A DNA stretch of 64,000 nucleotides, from IMG/VR virus record IMGVR_UViG_3300045988_020586. One strand, written 5' to 3'. The notes beneath the pieces are model-generated. The model was not told where the DNA came from. It did not search any database and saw only the letters and a list, made by a program, of their open reading frames with translations. The position numbers and the translations under genes were made by a program. Below are positions 8,080 to 15,796 of this stretch, in pieces; the stretch's first letter is position 1, and each line of letters begins with the position of its first letter. Source of the DNA: a virus.

Positions 8080-8499
8080 TTACATATTATCTTGAACCAT
8101 TTTGAATACACAAATAACATCGGTAGAAATACCATAAGAATCACGCATTCTCTTACTTACACCACAAGATATAATCTTGATAGCGCTTGTGAGAGACTCG
8201 TTGTTAGGCTCGTCATTTACAGCCTCGGACAATGCAAGCAACAACTTCATTTTTGAGTTGAAGAACTTGCCAAACTTCTCTTTTGCGTAGATGCACGCAG
8301 ACTCTGCGACAGACAATTCTGTAGCACTCTTGTTTTCTGCGTGGCGGATAACAATGGAACTGACTTCTCTTTCATCCATTGTAGATACATGCACATCCGT
8401 AACATCTGATTTAATAACCTTTAATTGTGAGGCTATCAACGCAACTTCAGATGGGCCCAAATCTGAACCTTTGTAAGAGATAACGATGTACTGCTTCAT
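8080..8499 (-). CDS. hypothetical protein
   Basis: 139-aa ORF, TAA stop. Confidence 0.65.
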   Translation of the reverse strand: MKQYIVISYKGSDLGPSEVALIASQLKVIKSDVTDVHVSTMDEREVSSIVIRHAENKSATELSVAESACIYAKEKFGKFFNSKMKLLLALSEAVNDEPNNESLTSAIKIISCGVSKRMRDSYGISTDVICVFKMVQDNM

Positions 8500-8501
8500 A
8501 G

Positions 8502-8993
8502 CTAATCCTCCTTTGGTATTATGTTAGTACTGGAGGACTGCACAATCTGCACATGCTTACCATCAATAATGGTATCAATTGTTTCCGTGTTAGGAATGTC
8601 TGGCGGAGTCAAGATATTGTATTGGTCTGATTTATCGGGCAAGTTCATATACACATGCTTGTTAACCTCGAACTCATGGGATATACTTCCCTTAGTTATT
8701 GGTTCCCCAGATTTCTCTAGGACCGATACAACGTCACGCATAACCTTTTCAGGTATGCTGAAGAATACAGAATCCTGATGTCTCCACTGACCTTCCGTCT
8801 TCTGATATGTCAATGCATCAGAATAGTCGGCGAATGTAGGATTGTCAATTTCCTGCATCATCTTTGATACCATGAGCGAATCATCGTGTCTGATTTCGCT
8901 CTTTGTCTGCTTCACATAGTCACATGATGACACTGCGAAAGCTACAATAAGCACGATTAAGCACATGCTAAGCTTTTCAAATAATCTCTTCAT
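8502..8993 (-). CDS. putative lipoprotein (terminates on TAG)
   Basis: 163 aa. Signal peptide with lipobox-like AVSSC. Stop is TAG (CTA at 8502-8504). Confidence 0.7.
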   Translation of the reverse strand: MKRLFEKLSMCLIVLIVAFAVSSCDYVKQTKSEIRHDDSLMVSKMMQEIDNPTFADYSDALTYQKTEGQWRHQDSVFFSIPEKVMRDVVSVLEKSGEPITKGSISHEFEVNKHVYMNLPDKSDQYNILTPPDIPNTETIDTIIDGKHVQIVQSSSTNIIPKED

Positions 8994-9035
8994 TTTGATA
9001 ATTTATTAGAGATTTAACAAATGTTAACTATCCGG
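8994..9035 (-). promoter_or_regulatory. conserved start-proximal leader (TTTGATAAT family)
   Basis: Plus strand CAT-TTTGATAATTTATTAGAGATTTAACAAATGTTAAC. Confidence 0.35.
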
Positions 9036-9064
9036 GTTTTAAAGATTCACGGAATCATCTATTG

Positions 9065-9137
9065 TGATACATATGGGACTCGAACCCATGACCCATAGAT
9101 TAAAAATCTATTGCTCTACCAACTGAGCTAATGTATC
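9065..9137 (-). tRNA. tRNA-Lys (anticodon UUU)
   Basis: Hand-folded cloverleaf: acceptor GATACAT/ATGTATC, D-arm GCTC-AGTTGGTA-GAGC, anticodon arm ATAGA-TTTTTAA-TCTAT, T-arm ATGGG-TTCGAGT-CCCAT. Confidence 0.85.
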
Positions 9138-9229
9138 AAAAGAAGGAATACACACATACACCTAGTATTCGTTTAAGTATGCCCTCCTACAGCGGTTACC
9201 AGGAACGCCGCACCACCTCTTCCTTCTTG

Positions 9230-9303
9230 TGGACCAGCTAGGGTTTGAACCTAGGACCTCCAGATTATGAGTCTGTTGCTCTAACCGACTGAGCTACAAG
9301 TCC
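9230..9303 (-). tRNA. tRNA with CAU anticodon (Met, or Ile2 if lysidine-modified)
   Basis: Acceptor GGACTTG/CTGGTCC (one mismatch, one G-U), D-arm GCTC-AGTCGGTTA-GAGC, anticodon loop CTCATAA, T-arm CTAGG-TTCAAAC-CCTAG. Confidence 0.8.
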
Positions 9304-9429
9304 AAATGGCAGTTTTTCGTCTTGTTTTTATCCCTTTCTTAGATACTGCCAAACTCTACCCAGGACGCTATAATGCGTGATTTTATGCAGACTTGAACTG
9401 CTATGTAGGCCTTTAACCTAATAAATCTC

Positions 9430-9450
9430 GGGGACAGTATAAACTGCCCC
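9430..9450 (-). terminator. hairpin downstream of gene 9463-9684
   Basis: GGGG(A)CAGT-ATAA-ACTGCCCC: 8 bp with one bulge. The U-run on the minus strand is weak. Confidence 0.35.
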
Positions 9451-9462
9451 CTTGAAATGCAA

Positions 9463-9684
9463 CTAAATATATTTTTCCTCCTCCTCTTCTATTATATCAT
9501 TCCACGTAAAGTAGAATAATAGAAGGCCAAAAATCAAAGCAACTACCAACCATATTATTATAAGACCAATAGCAAGTGTACTTATCTCTCGCACATTACC
9601 TAATGCCTTTATAAGGCTAAGTAGCGGATAAAATGAAGCTAACATAATCAATAAGCTTCCACCTAAATATATTAATCTACTCAT
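9463..9684 (-). CDS. small membrane protein (terminates on TAG)
   Basis: 73 aa with two hydrophobic segments. TAG stop (CTA 9463-9465). Read-through would continue more than 30 codons through the hairpin. Confidence 0.55.
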   Translation of the reverse strand: MSRLIYLGGSLLIMLASFYPLLSLIKALGNVREISTLAIGLIIIWLVVALIFGLLLFYFTWNDIIEEEEEKYI

Positions 9685-9949
9685 GATCTAGTAATTGTTG
9701 AGTTCTACTAAAATTGAAGTCGTGCACAAAATAACTCTCTAGACTATTGCTAAGATATTCTTTTGTAGACCCAACTTCATATTCACTTTGAGACAATATA
9801 CATACATCATCATTAAGGGCTTCATCAAACTCTAACAACGCGATATTATTATCTCTACATACTTTCTTGAGCTTTCTTACGTCGCTATGAAAACGACGCA
9901 ACTCAAGTTCAGATTCGGACATTTGTCCGTTCTTTCTACGTTTTGCCAT
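9677..9949 (-). CDS. hypothetical protein (terminates on TAG)
   Basis: 90-aa ORF; TAG stop (CTA 9677-9679). Confidence 0.6.
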   Translation of the reverse strand: MAKRRKNGQMSESELELRRFHSDVRKLKKVCRDNNIALLEFDEALNDDVCILSQSEYEVGSTKEYLSNSLESYFVHDFNFSRTQQLLDHE

Positions 9950-9951
9950 AA

Positions 9952-10146
9952 TTAAGGACTAATAAAAATTATTCCGTCTTCAATGCAAGATGGTGATTCT
10001 TTATTATCCAAATTCTTTGAGTCGTTTATTCTTGGACAAGAAAAAGGATTATTAAAGACACATCCATTGCAATTGTATTGACGTTTAGCCCTAACAATAA
10101 TGCCATTTATTTTGTAGATTCTGCCAGGACTAAGTTTTTTACTCAT
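9952..10146 (-). CDS. small Cys-rich protein
   Basis: 64 aa with CNGC...SCPR...SPSC. Confidence 0.5.
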   Translation of the reverse strand: MSKKLSPGRIYKINGIIVRAKRQYNCNGCVFNNPFSCPRINDSKNLDNKESPSCIEDGIIFISP

Positions 10147-10595
10147 AGTTCATCAATCAATTGTAGTTTATACATTGGCTTTTTGACTGGAACGATTTGA
10201 TAATCTTTAATAGTTTCGCCAACTTTTCGTAGTACTCTAGATACTTCTCCAAGATGAAATGTTCTATGTACAGTTTCTCCATTCTTAGCTAGAATAAAGC
10301 ATACAAATTTTGTAGGGTTTGCGTATAATTTATCATACACATAGGATACTTCGTGATAGAACGAACCAACTCCTTTCATAGCGTCAATTTTATTCATATC
10401 ACTTTCTCCAACCATAATTTTTGTAGTTTCTAGCTTTTCCAGACTGCTTGACTTATATATACAACATTTCCCAGTTGATACATCTCTAACAGCTGTGCAT
10501 TTACCACCAGCTCCAGTGATTACCACCATCAAACCACCTACCATTGTTCCACTTGGTAGAACTCGGCGAACTACATCATTCTTCTGAAATTTCAT
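10143..10595 (-). CDS. hypothetical protein
   Basis: 150-aa ORF; 4-nt overlaps with both neighbours suggest an operon. Confidence 0.65.
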   Translation of the reverse strand: MKFQKNDVVRRVLPSGTMVGGLMVVITGAGGKCTAVRDVSTGKCCIYKSSSLEKLETTKIMVGESDMNKIDAMKGVGSFYHEVSYVYDKLYANPTKFVCFILAKNGETVHRTFHLGEVSRVLRKVGETIKDYQIVPVKKPMYKLQLIDEL

Positions 10596-10972
10596 TTACG
10601 TACAAATTTAATTTTATAACGAACAATAGACGTAATTACGCCATTTCTCAATCTAATACCAAGTGTTGGCTCAATAGAGAATTGCTTGCACGTATTGATG
10701 TAATCAACAACACTCTTTGAGATTGGGATAATCTCTGAGAATCCTGCTGACTTATCAATGTATGCAGCCATATACTTAACGGTTTTGCCGTTAGAACTAG
10801 GTTGTTGTACTATTTGCTTAATACATTCAACCTTACAGATCATAGTATCAATCGCTGCTTTTTGCTGCGCGTGACACTTTGAGGTCAGGAGTAGTAATAA
10901 TATTATTACAACTACTGCTATCAGTGGGCCAGGATTGTTTTTGTCCGGCTTCTCGTATAATCTTACAGCCAT
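10592..10972 (-). CDS. hypothetical protein with N-terminal TM or signal segment
   Basis: 126 aa; LIAVVVIILLLLLTSKCHA. Confidence 0.6.
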   Translation of the reverse strand: MAVRLYEKPDKNNPGPLIAVVVIILLLLLTSKCHAQQKAAIDTMICKVECIKQIVQQPSSNGKTVKYMAAYIDKSAGFSEIIPISKSVVDYINTCKQFSIEPTLGIRLRNGVITSIVRYKIKFVRK

Positions 10973-10978
10973 TTTTTA

Positions 10979-11359
10979 TCATCCTTTAGTAATTTCACAA
11001 ATACATCCTACAGATTCAAGATCGGCCTTCATATTATGAATGTAAGATTCGTCGAAGGACTGAGATAACAACACTTCTTCGCTTTCAACAGACGCATCCA
11101 TAATAGCTTTTGCTTTTCCCAAAGAAATACTAAGCTGTGCTGATAACTCTCTTGCCGTACTCAATTTATTATCATTTTTTACTTTATTCAAGTATAAATA
11201 ATAAGTGGTTCGTACAGGCCCTTTGTTGACTTTCTCTTCCATCTCCATAGATGATACTAATGCTAACAACAAATTAACATTATGTCTCATCTCTTTTACA
11301 CCAGAGCATTCTGTCTGAATCTTGATCTTTCCATCGTTCTGGATAGTAACATTCAACAT
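10979..11359 (-). CDS. hypothetical protein; C-terminal half resembles the ribosomal bL12 (L7/L12) C-terminal domain
   Basis: 126 aa. LSISLGKAKAIMDASVESEEVLLSQSFDESYIHNMKADLESVGCICEI has the spacing of GLGLKEAKDLVE...EEAGAEVEV. By-eye similarity only. Confidence 0.6.
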   Translation of the reverse strand: MLNVTIQNDGKIKIQTECSGVKEMRHNVNLLLALVSSMEMEEKVNKGPVRTTYYLYLNKVKNDNKLSTARELSAQLSISLGKAKAIMDASVESEEVLLSQSFDESYIHNMKADLESVGCICEITKG

Positions 11360-11363
11360 AAGT

Positions 11364-11621
11364 TCAATGAATCGTTAAAAATTTAACACTTGTCTTGCCA
11401 GCTCCTGGAACATTTGCATGCTTGTTATTAATATAACTTCTCAAAGTGTTCTCAAGGGACTTAGCATTGACCTTACTTAACCCAGAAGAGAGGATCATTG
11501 TAGATCCTCCCTCTTTAGCAACTACCTTGTAGTTAAGATACTCAGCATCAGGTTTCCCTTTTGCTGACTGTGGCTTAACTGCTTGGTTATGCGTCTGCTT
11601 GTGTTTCTTCTGACTCATCAT
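11364..11621 (-). CDS. small basic protein
   Basis: 85-aa ORF; overlaps the upstream gene by 35 nt. Confidence 0.5.
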   Translation of the reverse strand: MMSQKKHKQTHNQAVKPQSAKGKPDAEYLNYKVVAKEGGSTMILSSGLSKVNAKSLENTLRSYINNKHANVPGAGKTSVKFLTIH

Positions 11622-12003
11622 CTACATGAATAAATGGTTTGCAATCCATTCCGATGTTCTTGATAGTCTCAGGCTCACTGAGCTTTTCTTCCGCAATGCT
11701 GCTGATAGCAGCGGCAATATGTACAAGATGGTTCAGATGAGTGATACCATTGAACTTTCCAGCTACTTCAACTGTCACATTAATACTCTGCTCCCCAGTC
11801 TCCTGGTTCTTCGTAACTCCAATCCCATTAAGAATTGGAACATACTTCTCGAACTTGGTCTCCACATAACTTGGAGAGTCAAGATCAACGTGGTTAGGAG
11901 ACAGTATACAAGACACTGTCACAATTGTTGTAGCACCATCAGCAAAAATAGCTGTTTCAAACTTTGGGTAATCATTATCCACCAACTTATTTAAAATGTT
12001 CAT
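11587..12003 (-). CDS. hypothetical protein
   Basis: 138-aa ORF preceded by the conserved leader. Confidence 0.7.
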   Translation of the reverse strand: MNILNKLVDNDYPKFETAIFADGATTIVTVSCILSPNHVDLDSPSYVETKFEKYVPILNGIGVTKNQETGEQSINVTVEVAGKFNGITHLNHLVHIAAAISSIAEEKLSEPETIKNIGMDCKPFIHVDDESEETQADA

Positions 12004-12040
12004 AATTTTGATAATTTAAACATTATTTACTTGTATAGGA
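12004..12040 (-). promoter_or_regulatory. conserved start-proximal leader (TTTGATAAT family)
   Basis: Plus strand CAT-AATTTTGATAATTTAAACATTATTTAC. Confidence 0.35.
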
Positions 12041-12130
12041 CTACTTCTCACCTATACTTGAGTTTTGTGTTCCATCTGTAATTCGGTTTCCCTTTGGAGG
12101 CTTTGGACTCCCTACGGCTACATTAAACAC

Positions 12131-12379
12131 TTAGGGTTGATGCAACTCAACCCTTATGTTTTTAATTAATCTAAAATAGCACCAATGTAAGTTATGAAGA
12201 CAATACTTACACCAGTCTTTTTGTTCATGAAAATTTAAATCGCACATGTAACAATCTGTAAAACTAGATTTATTTTTCACAATTCTAAATACATTCTTAC
12301 AAATTGTAATCAATTGCCCTGGTTTATAATTCTTATGAGTACCAGATGTCTTCTGTGTGGTCTTCTTTTTCAAATTCAT
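12131..12379 (-). CDS. small Cys/His-rich (zinc-ribbon-like) protein
   Basis: 82 aa; CKNV...CYMCDLNFHEQKDWCKYCLHNLHWC. Confidence 0.55.
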   Translation of the reverse strand: MNLKKKTTQKTSGTHKNYKPGQLITICKNVFRIVKNKSSFTDCYMCDLNFHEQKDWCKYCLHNLHWCYFRLIKNIRVELHQP

Positions 12380-12387
12380 TCATACAC

Positions 12388-12681
12388 TTACTTGTTAATT
12401 AAGTTGTCTACTTTGGATTTTGCTTCTAAGTAATCACTACCATAATCTGTTGCAAGATCTGTATCCATAAGATCAAGATTATGTGTTCCATTGAGAGAGT
12501 CAAGCAATGTTTCGACACATGTATAGTATCTTTCATATGCTTCTATCTTTTTCTCTGCTTTTTTGCCCTTACCTGTATGGTAATTTGACATAAAGCAGGC
12601 ACCCACAAAGCAGCCTAATACTGCTCCTACTAACAATAAATTCATGTTGTCCATAAAACGATGTACTTTATTCTTTTCCAT
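12388..12681 (-). CDS. small membrane protein
   Basis: 97 aa with TM segment LLLVGAVLGCFVGACF. Confidence 0.6.
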   Translation of the reverse strand: MEKNKVHRFMDNMNLLLVGAVLGCFVGACFMSNYHTGKGKKAEKKIEAYERYYTCVETLLDSLNGTHNLDLMDTDLATDYGSDYLEAKSKVDNLINK

Positions 12682-12713
12682 ATATATAATTATTGATTAA
12701 TATACATAATAAA

Positions 12714-12743
12714 AACGTGCCTATCTTCACAGACCAGCACGTT
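12714..12743. repeat. hairpin family B copy 1 (loop CTATCTTCACAGACCA)
   Basis: Perfect 7-bp stem AACGTGC/GCACGTT; invariant 16-nt loop 12721-12736. Lies 33 nt upstream of the start of gene 12388-12681. Confidence 0.7.
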
Positions 12744-12817
12744 GAGCATCGAAATAAAACCTACGTCACTTAGTAAAAGATGATGTAAGAAAATCGGTAT
12801 GGTAAAAAACAAATTGA

Positions 12818-12936
12818 AGTGGTTACTGGACTCGAACCGTCGCTATGTTGCGCTTTACTATAGCCAAGTACAATATCCATATAATGCATTTGTACATAGT
12901 ATACCCTCTTGCTTTAGCAAGTGTATAATAACCACT
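12818..12936 (-). ncRNA. 119-nt multi-stem element closed by an 8-bp helix, with a T-loop-like GGTTCGAGTCC
   Basis: Closing helix AGTGGTTA 12818-12825 / TAACCACT 12929-12936. Internal hairpins on the minus strand: TATAC..CTTGC-TAAA-GCAAG..GTATA, GTACAA..TTGTAC, GCTAT..ATAGC. Not a canonical tRNA. Confidence 0.3.
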
Positions 12937-13221
12937 ATCCGTCTCTCCAGATTGTCATAGAGACTGGGTCTACATTTGACAGATTGCACCTTTTGCAAAT
13001 AGGCTGTAGTTACCGTATCTCAGTTTTACACGTAAACCTATTGCCTATAGACGACTCACCCTCTGTGTTCTACAATCGACATCTTATAGCTTTGCAAGTA
13101 CCATAAGCACGTGTTGTAGTCATGGGCTTGGGACCATGAACGCCACATTACTGCCTACGATTTATCACGTTAGCGTAGGCGCTCCGTCATCCTAGTTTAT
13201 ATACCGCATGAGATAACGGTT

Positions 13222-13253
13222 TAATACAACTATCTTCACAGACCATTGTATTA
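13222..13253. repeat. hairpin family B copy 2 (loop CTATCTTCACAGACCA)
   Basis: Perfect 8-bp stem TAATACAA/TTGTATTA; loop 13230-13245. Confidence 0.7.
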
Positions 13254-13370
13254 TGAGGTCTATTCGCGCTTTGAGTAATGAATCAGACTACACCATGATG
13301 CAACATGTGTAGTTTCGTCTAGGTCTCATCAGTGATGATTTTAGACTCTCCCTAGCTGAGTTTAAATAAA

Positions 13371-13402
13371 ACATACCACTATCTTCACAGACCATGGTAT
13401 GT
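13371..13402. repeat. hairpin family B copy 3 (loop CTATCTTCACAGACCA)
   Basis: Perfect 8-bp stem ACATACCA/TGGTATGT; loop 13379-13394. Confidence 0.7.
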
Positions 13403-13552
13403 GCCAAACCTATTGTTGTTACACTTAACAACTACAACCTACATCCTAACTAAAAAACCTGACATTTATTTGATTATTATACGTCTTTATTTGTCTTTCC
13501 AAATGCCAACGCTTATTTATACTCTTGCGTATAGAGTTATGTTATTATACAT

Positions 13553-13741
13553 TTAATCAAAAATGTAATATACTAACACCTTGTTTGCAGCCTTTACATA
13601 CGAAATACAAGGTATATTCAATGATGAAGCAAACTTGTCTGCTAAATCATTGCCATCAAACATTATCTCGACACCAAATTCTGTTATTAAACAGTTTTGG
13701 ATATCTTTGTTTGCTGCTCCATTCTCAATTATTGCTTTCAT
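13553..13741 (-). CDS. hypothetical small protein
   Basis: 62-aa ORF, TAA stop. It overlaps equally long plus-strand frames, so support is weak. Confidence 0.4.
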   Translation of the reverse strand: MKAIIENGAANKDIQNCLITEFGVEIMFDGNDLADKFASSLNIPCISYVKAANKVLVYYIFD

Positions 13742-13903
13742 ATTGATTATGTTTTTATTACCGATTTAAAAGTGTTCGTCTGTTCCGAACTGCCAACACA
13801 AGTCTTGTCTTGTGATTAATTTACTTTCCAAGATGTCTGTTACTAATTTTTATGTGCTATATGTAACAATATATACACAAGTATTTTTGTAGAAAAACAC
13901 AAA

Positions 13904-13944
13904 ACTATTTATCTCATACTATTTGCTCGGTTATGATAAATAGT
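13904..13944. repeat. 10-bp inverted repeat
   Basis: ACTATTTATC 13904-13913 / GATAAATAGT 13935-13944. Confidence 0.5.
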
Positions 13945-13956
13945 TTACCGAACAAA

Positions 13957-14037
13957 GCTTCTATAATGATTACACAACTAATTTGTCCTTCGTAATAACT
14001 TGTATTACGAAATTAGTTTCCATGTTGTTATAGAAGC
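13957..14037. repeat. 81-nt imperfect palindrome (three nested 9-10 bp helices)
   Basis: GCTTCTATAA/TTATAGAAGC, AACTAATTT/AAATTAGTT, TTCGTAATA/TATTACGAA. Confidence 0.6.
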
Positions 14038-14163
14038 AATTAAGTTTACACATCTACGCAATGTGCATAAAAGCTATATATTAAAACAGCCTATTTGAGC
14101 TGTTACGTAGAATTTTTCTGAAAAAAGGGGTTTGGGAGATTGTTTTACCAATCCCCATCCCCA

Positions 14164-14682
14164 CTAGTCTTCGTCGTCTGTTGAGTAGTCGAAATTGTCG
14201 CTTATCATATCAGCCAGGCGGACTTTTAGTTTCTTTACTTCTGCTTGCTCATCATCAACATTGCCAAGGTAAGTATTGGCAAGGCTTGAGTAAGTGTGCT
14301 CCCCGTCAGTGATTGATTTTTCTTTTCCGTCAGTAAGTTCAGAAATTGTGTAATCAAACGTGCTAAAGCGCGCCTTTTTACCTACAAACTTTGCGGACAA
14401 TTCTTTTAACGCTTCATCCTGTGCCTTTTCTGTATGCTTATTACCTTCTAGCACTCTATCAAAATTAAGAATGCAAGAATAAGACTTTCCGACAACTGCG
14501 CCGGCATCAGCGAAAGCCGCCAAAGAAAGGAAATCTTTATCCTCCTTATTATCGGAAGAATTAGAAATTGCGTAAGTTACACGCAATGCTACTCTGAATG
14601 TTTCGTTATCCTCATTAAATGAGTATAACTTTTCATTGAGTGATACGCTGTTAATTACAGCGATTTCGTTAACTTTTTTCAT
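14164..14682 (-). CDS. hypothetical acidic-tailed protein (terminates on TAG)
   Basis: ATG at 14682 (MKKVNEIAV...) is preferred over the track start at 14805. C-terminus DNFDYSTDDED. TAG stop (CTA 14164-14166). Confidence 0.6.
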   Translation of the reverse strand: MKKVNEIAVINSVSLNEKLYSFNEDNETFRVALRVTYAISNSSDNKEDKDFLSLAAFADAGAVVGKSYSCILNFDRVLEGNKHTEKAQDEALKELSAKFVGKKARFSTFDYTISELTDGKEKSITDGEHTYSSLANTYLGNVDDEQAEVKKLKVRLADMISDNFDYSTDDED

Positions 14683-14840
14683 GTGCTTTGAGTTTTTAAT
14701 GTGAATAAATTGTGTTTTGTCTTGGGGGGATATCCCAATCCGAAAGTATATACCGGGGTGTGATTCATTGCTGTTTCTCGTCTTTACACATTTATCACAA
14801 TTCAAAAAAAATCAAAAAAATATTTTTCTTACGTCCAAAC

Positions 14841-14870
14841 AACAAAAAAGCCGAGGCGTAAACCCCGGCT
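14841..14870 (-). terminator. intrinsic terminator after gene 15043-15462
   Basis: Minus strand AGCCGGGGTTTACGCCTCGGCT followed by TTTTTTG. Confidence 0.6.
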
Positions 14871-15042
14871 AATTAGCTTTTGCATTTTACTTTATACGCA
14901 CATATATATACGTTTTAACTGCTCTAAATCCTTGAATATATCCAGATGTTCTGCTTCTTTAACTATCATGCCAACAAGGAAGAAATCAAATAATTTACAC
15001 AGATGTAGTGTATAATCGTGATAAATTACGCACGGAAGACGC

Positions 15043-15462
15043 TTATTTTGCTATGTTGAAATCTTCGTTGTTTTTAGAATCATCTTCTGCATAATCTTCG
15101 CATTCTACTTCTTTTACAAGTATTTGTCTACCTCCCTTATGGCCCCTAGGAACATATCCCGATCCAAGCTGATCATGTATAATCTCTGTTACAGTCTTCT
15201 GTTTCTTAGGCTTTAAAGTATTTTGCATAGTAGGCGTAGAGTCTATCTCGCCATTCTCTACTATAGATTCGTAATCGGTATATAAAGGAGAACTTACATC
15301 CTCAAACTTCTTAAAGAAATCCTTTACTTCGCGCATGTATTTGTGACCTTCTCTCTCATATAATACCGAATCTATCCATGCGCCATCAAAATCGTTTTTA
15401 AATTTTCCAATTCCAAGGTATTTGTAGTCTTTACCTTTATATCTGTATATATAATCTTCCAT
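15043..15462 (-). CDS. hypothetical protein, paralogous N-terminal domain with 15516-15791
   Basis: 139 aa. YRYKGKDYKYLGIGKF...WIDSVLYE aligns by eye with IYIGTGQFQ...LVDTILYKYRG of the neighbour. Reminiscent of DUF1653-type domains (from memory, unverified). Confidence 0.65.
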   Translation of the reverse strand: MEDYIYRYKGKDYKYLGIGKFKNDFDGAWIDSVLYEREGHKYMREVKDFFKKFEDVSSPLYTDYESIVENGEIDSTPTMQNTLKPKKQKTVTEIIHDQLGSGYVPRGHKGGRQILVKEVECEDYAEDDSKNNEDFNIAK

Positions 15463-15515
15463 TACCTTGTCTCCTTATTAGCAATTTTTAACCTATTTAT
15501 CTATCTCTAGAAATA

Positions 15516-15791
15516 CTATTCTGCATCTGCAGTATTATGTTCGGCTTTATCTGGCTCAATACCAGGAGTGCATCCAGTGCCAATAATGTCTCCGATTCTA
15601 TCAAGTGTAGTAGATCTATCTGGCTCTGCGAGTCTTATAAACTCAGATGCTTCCATCATTTTGTATACTCCACGGTATTTGTAGAGTATGGTATCTACCA
15701 ATTTTCCAGAAGCTAATTGAAATTGACCGGTGCCGATATATATTACTTTTACATCACTATTTCTATTTAATATAAATCTATCATTCTCCAT
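15516..15791 (-). CDS. hypothetical protein, paralogue of 15043-15462 (terminates on TAG)
   Basis: 91-aa ORF; TAG stop (CTA 15516-15518). Confidence 0.65.
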   Translation of the reverse strand: MENDRFILNRNSDVKVIYIGTGQFQLASGKLVDTILYKYRGVYKMMEASEFIRLAEPDRSTTLDRIGDIIGTGCTPGIEPDKAEHNTADAE

Positions 15792-15796
15792 ACACG

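Noticed and set aside
12130-12156. CTTAGGGTTGATGCAA similarity to the P8/J8-7 region of the intron cores (e.g. 22098-22116), suggesting another intron remnant.
   Set aside because: No accompanying GACTAA / TAGTC P7 strings or other core helices. It lies at the 3' end of an intact small CDS and is probably coincidental.
12714-13402. CRISPR array or regularly spaced repeat array formed by the conserved 16-mers (families A and B).
   Set aside because: Only three copies each, with irregular spacing (about 150 to 500 nt). The conserved part is the loop, not a repeat-spacer unit, and no cas genes are present.
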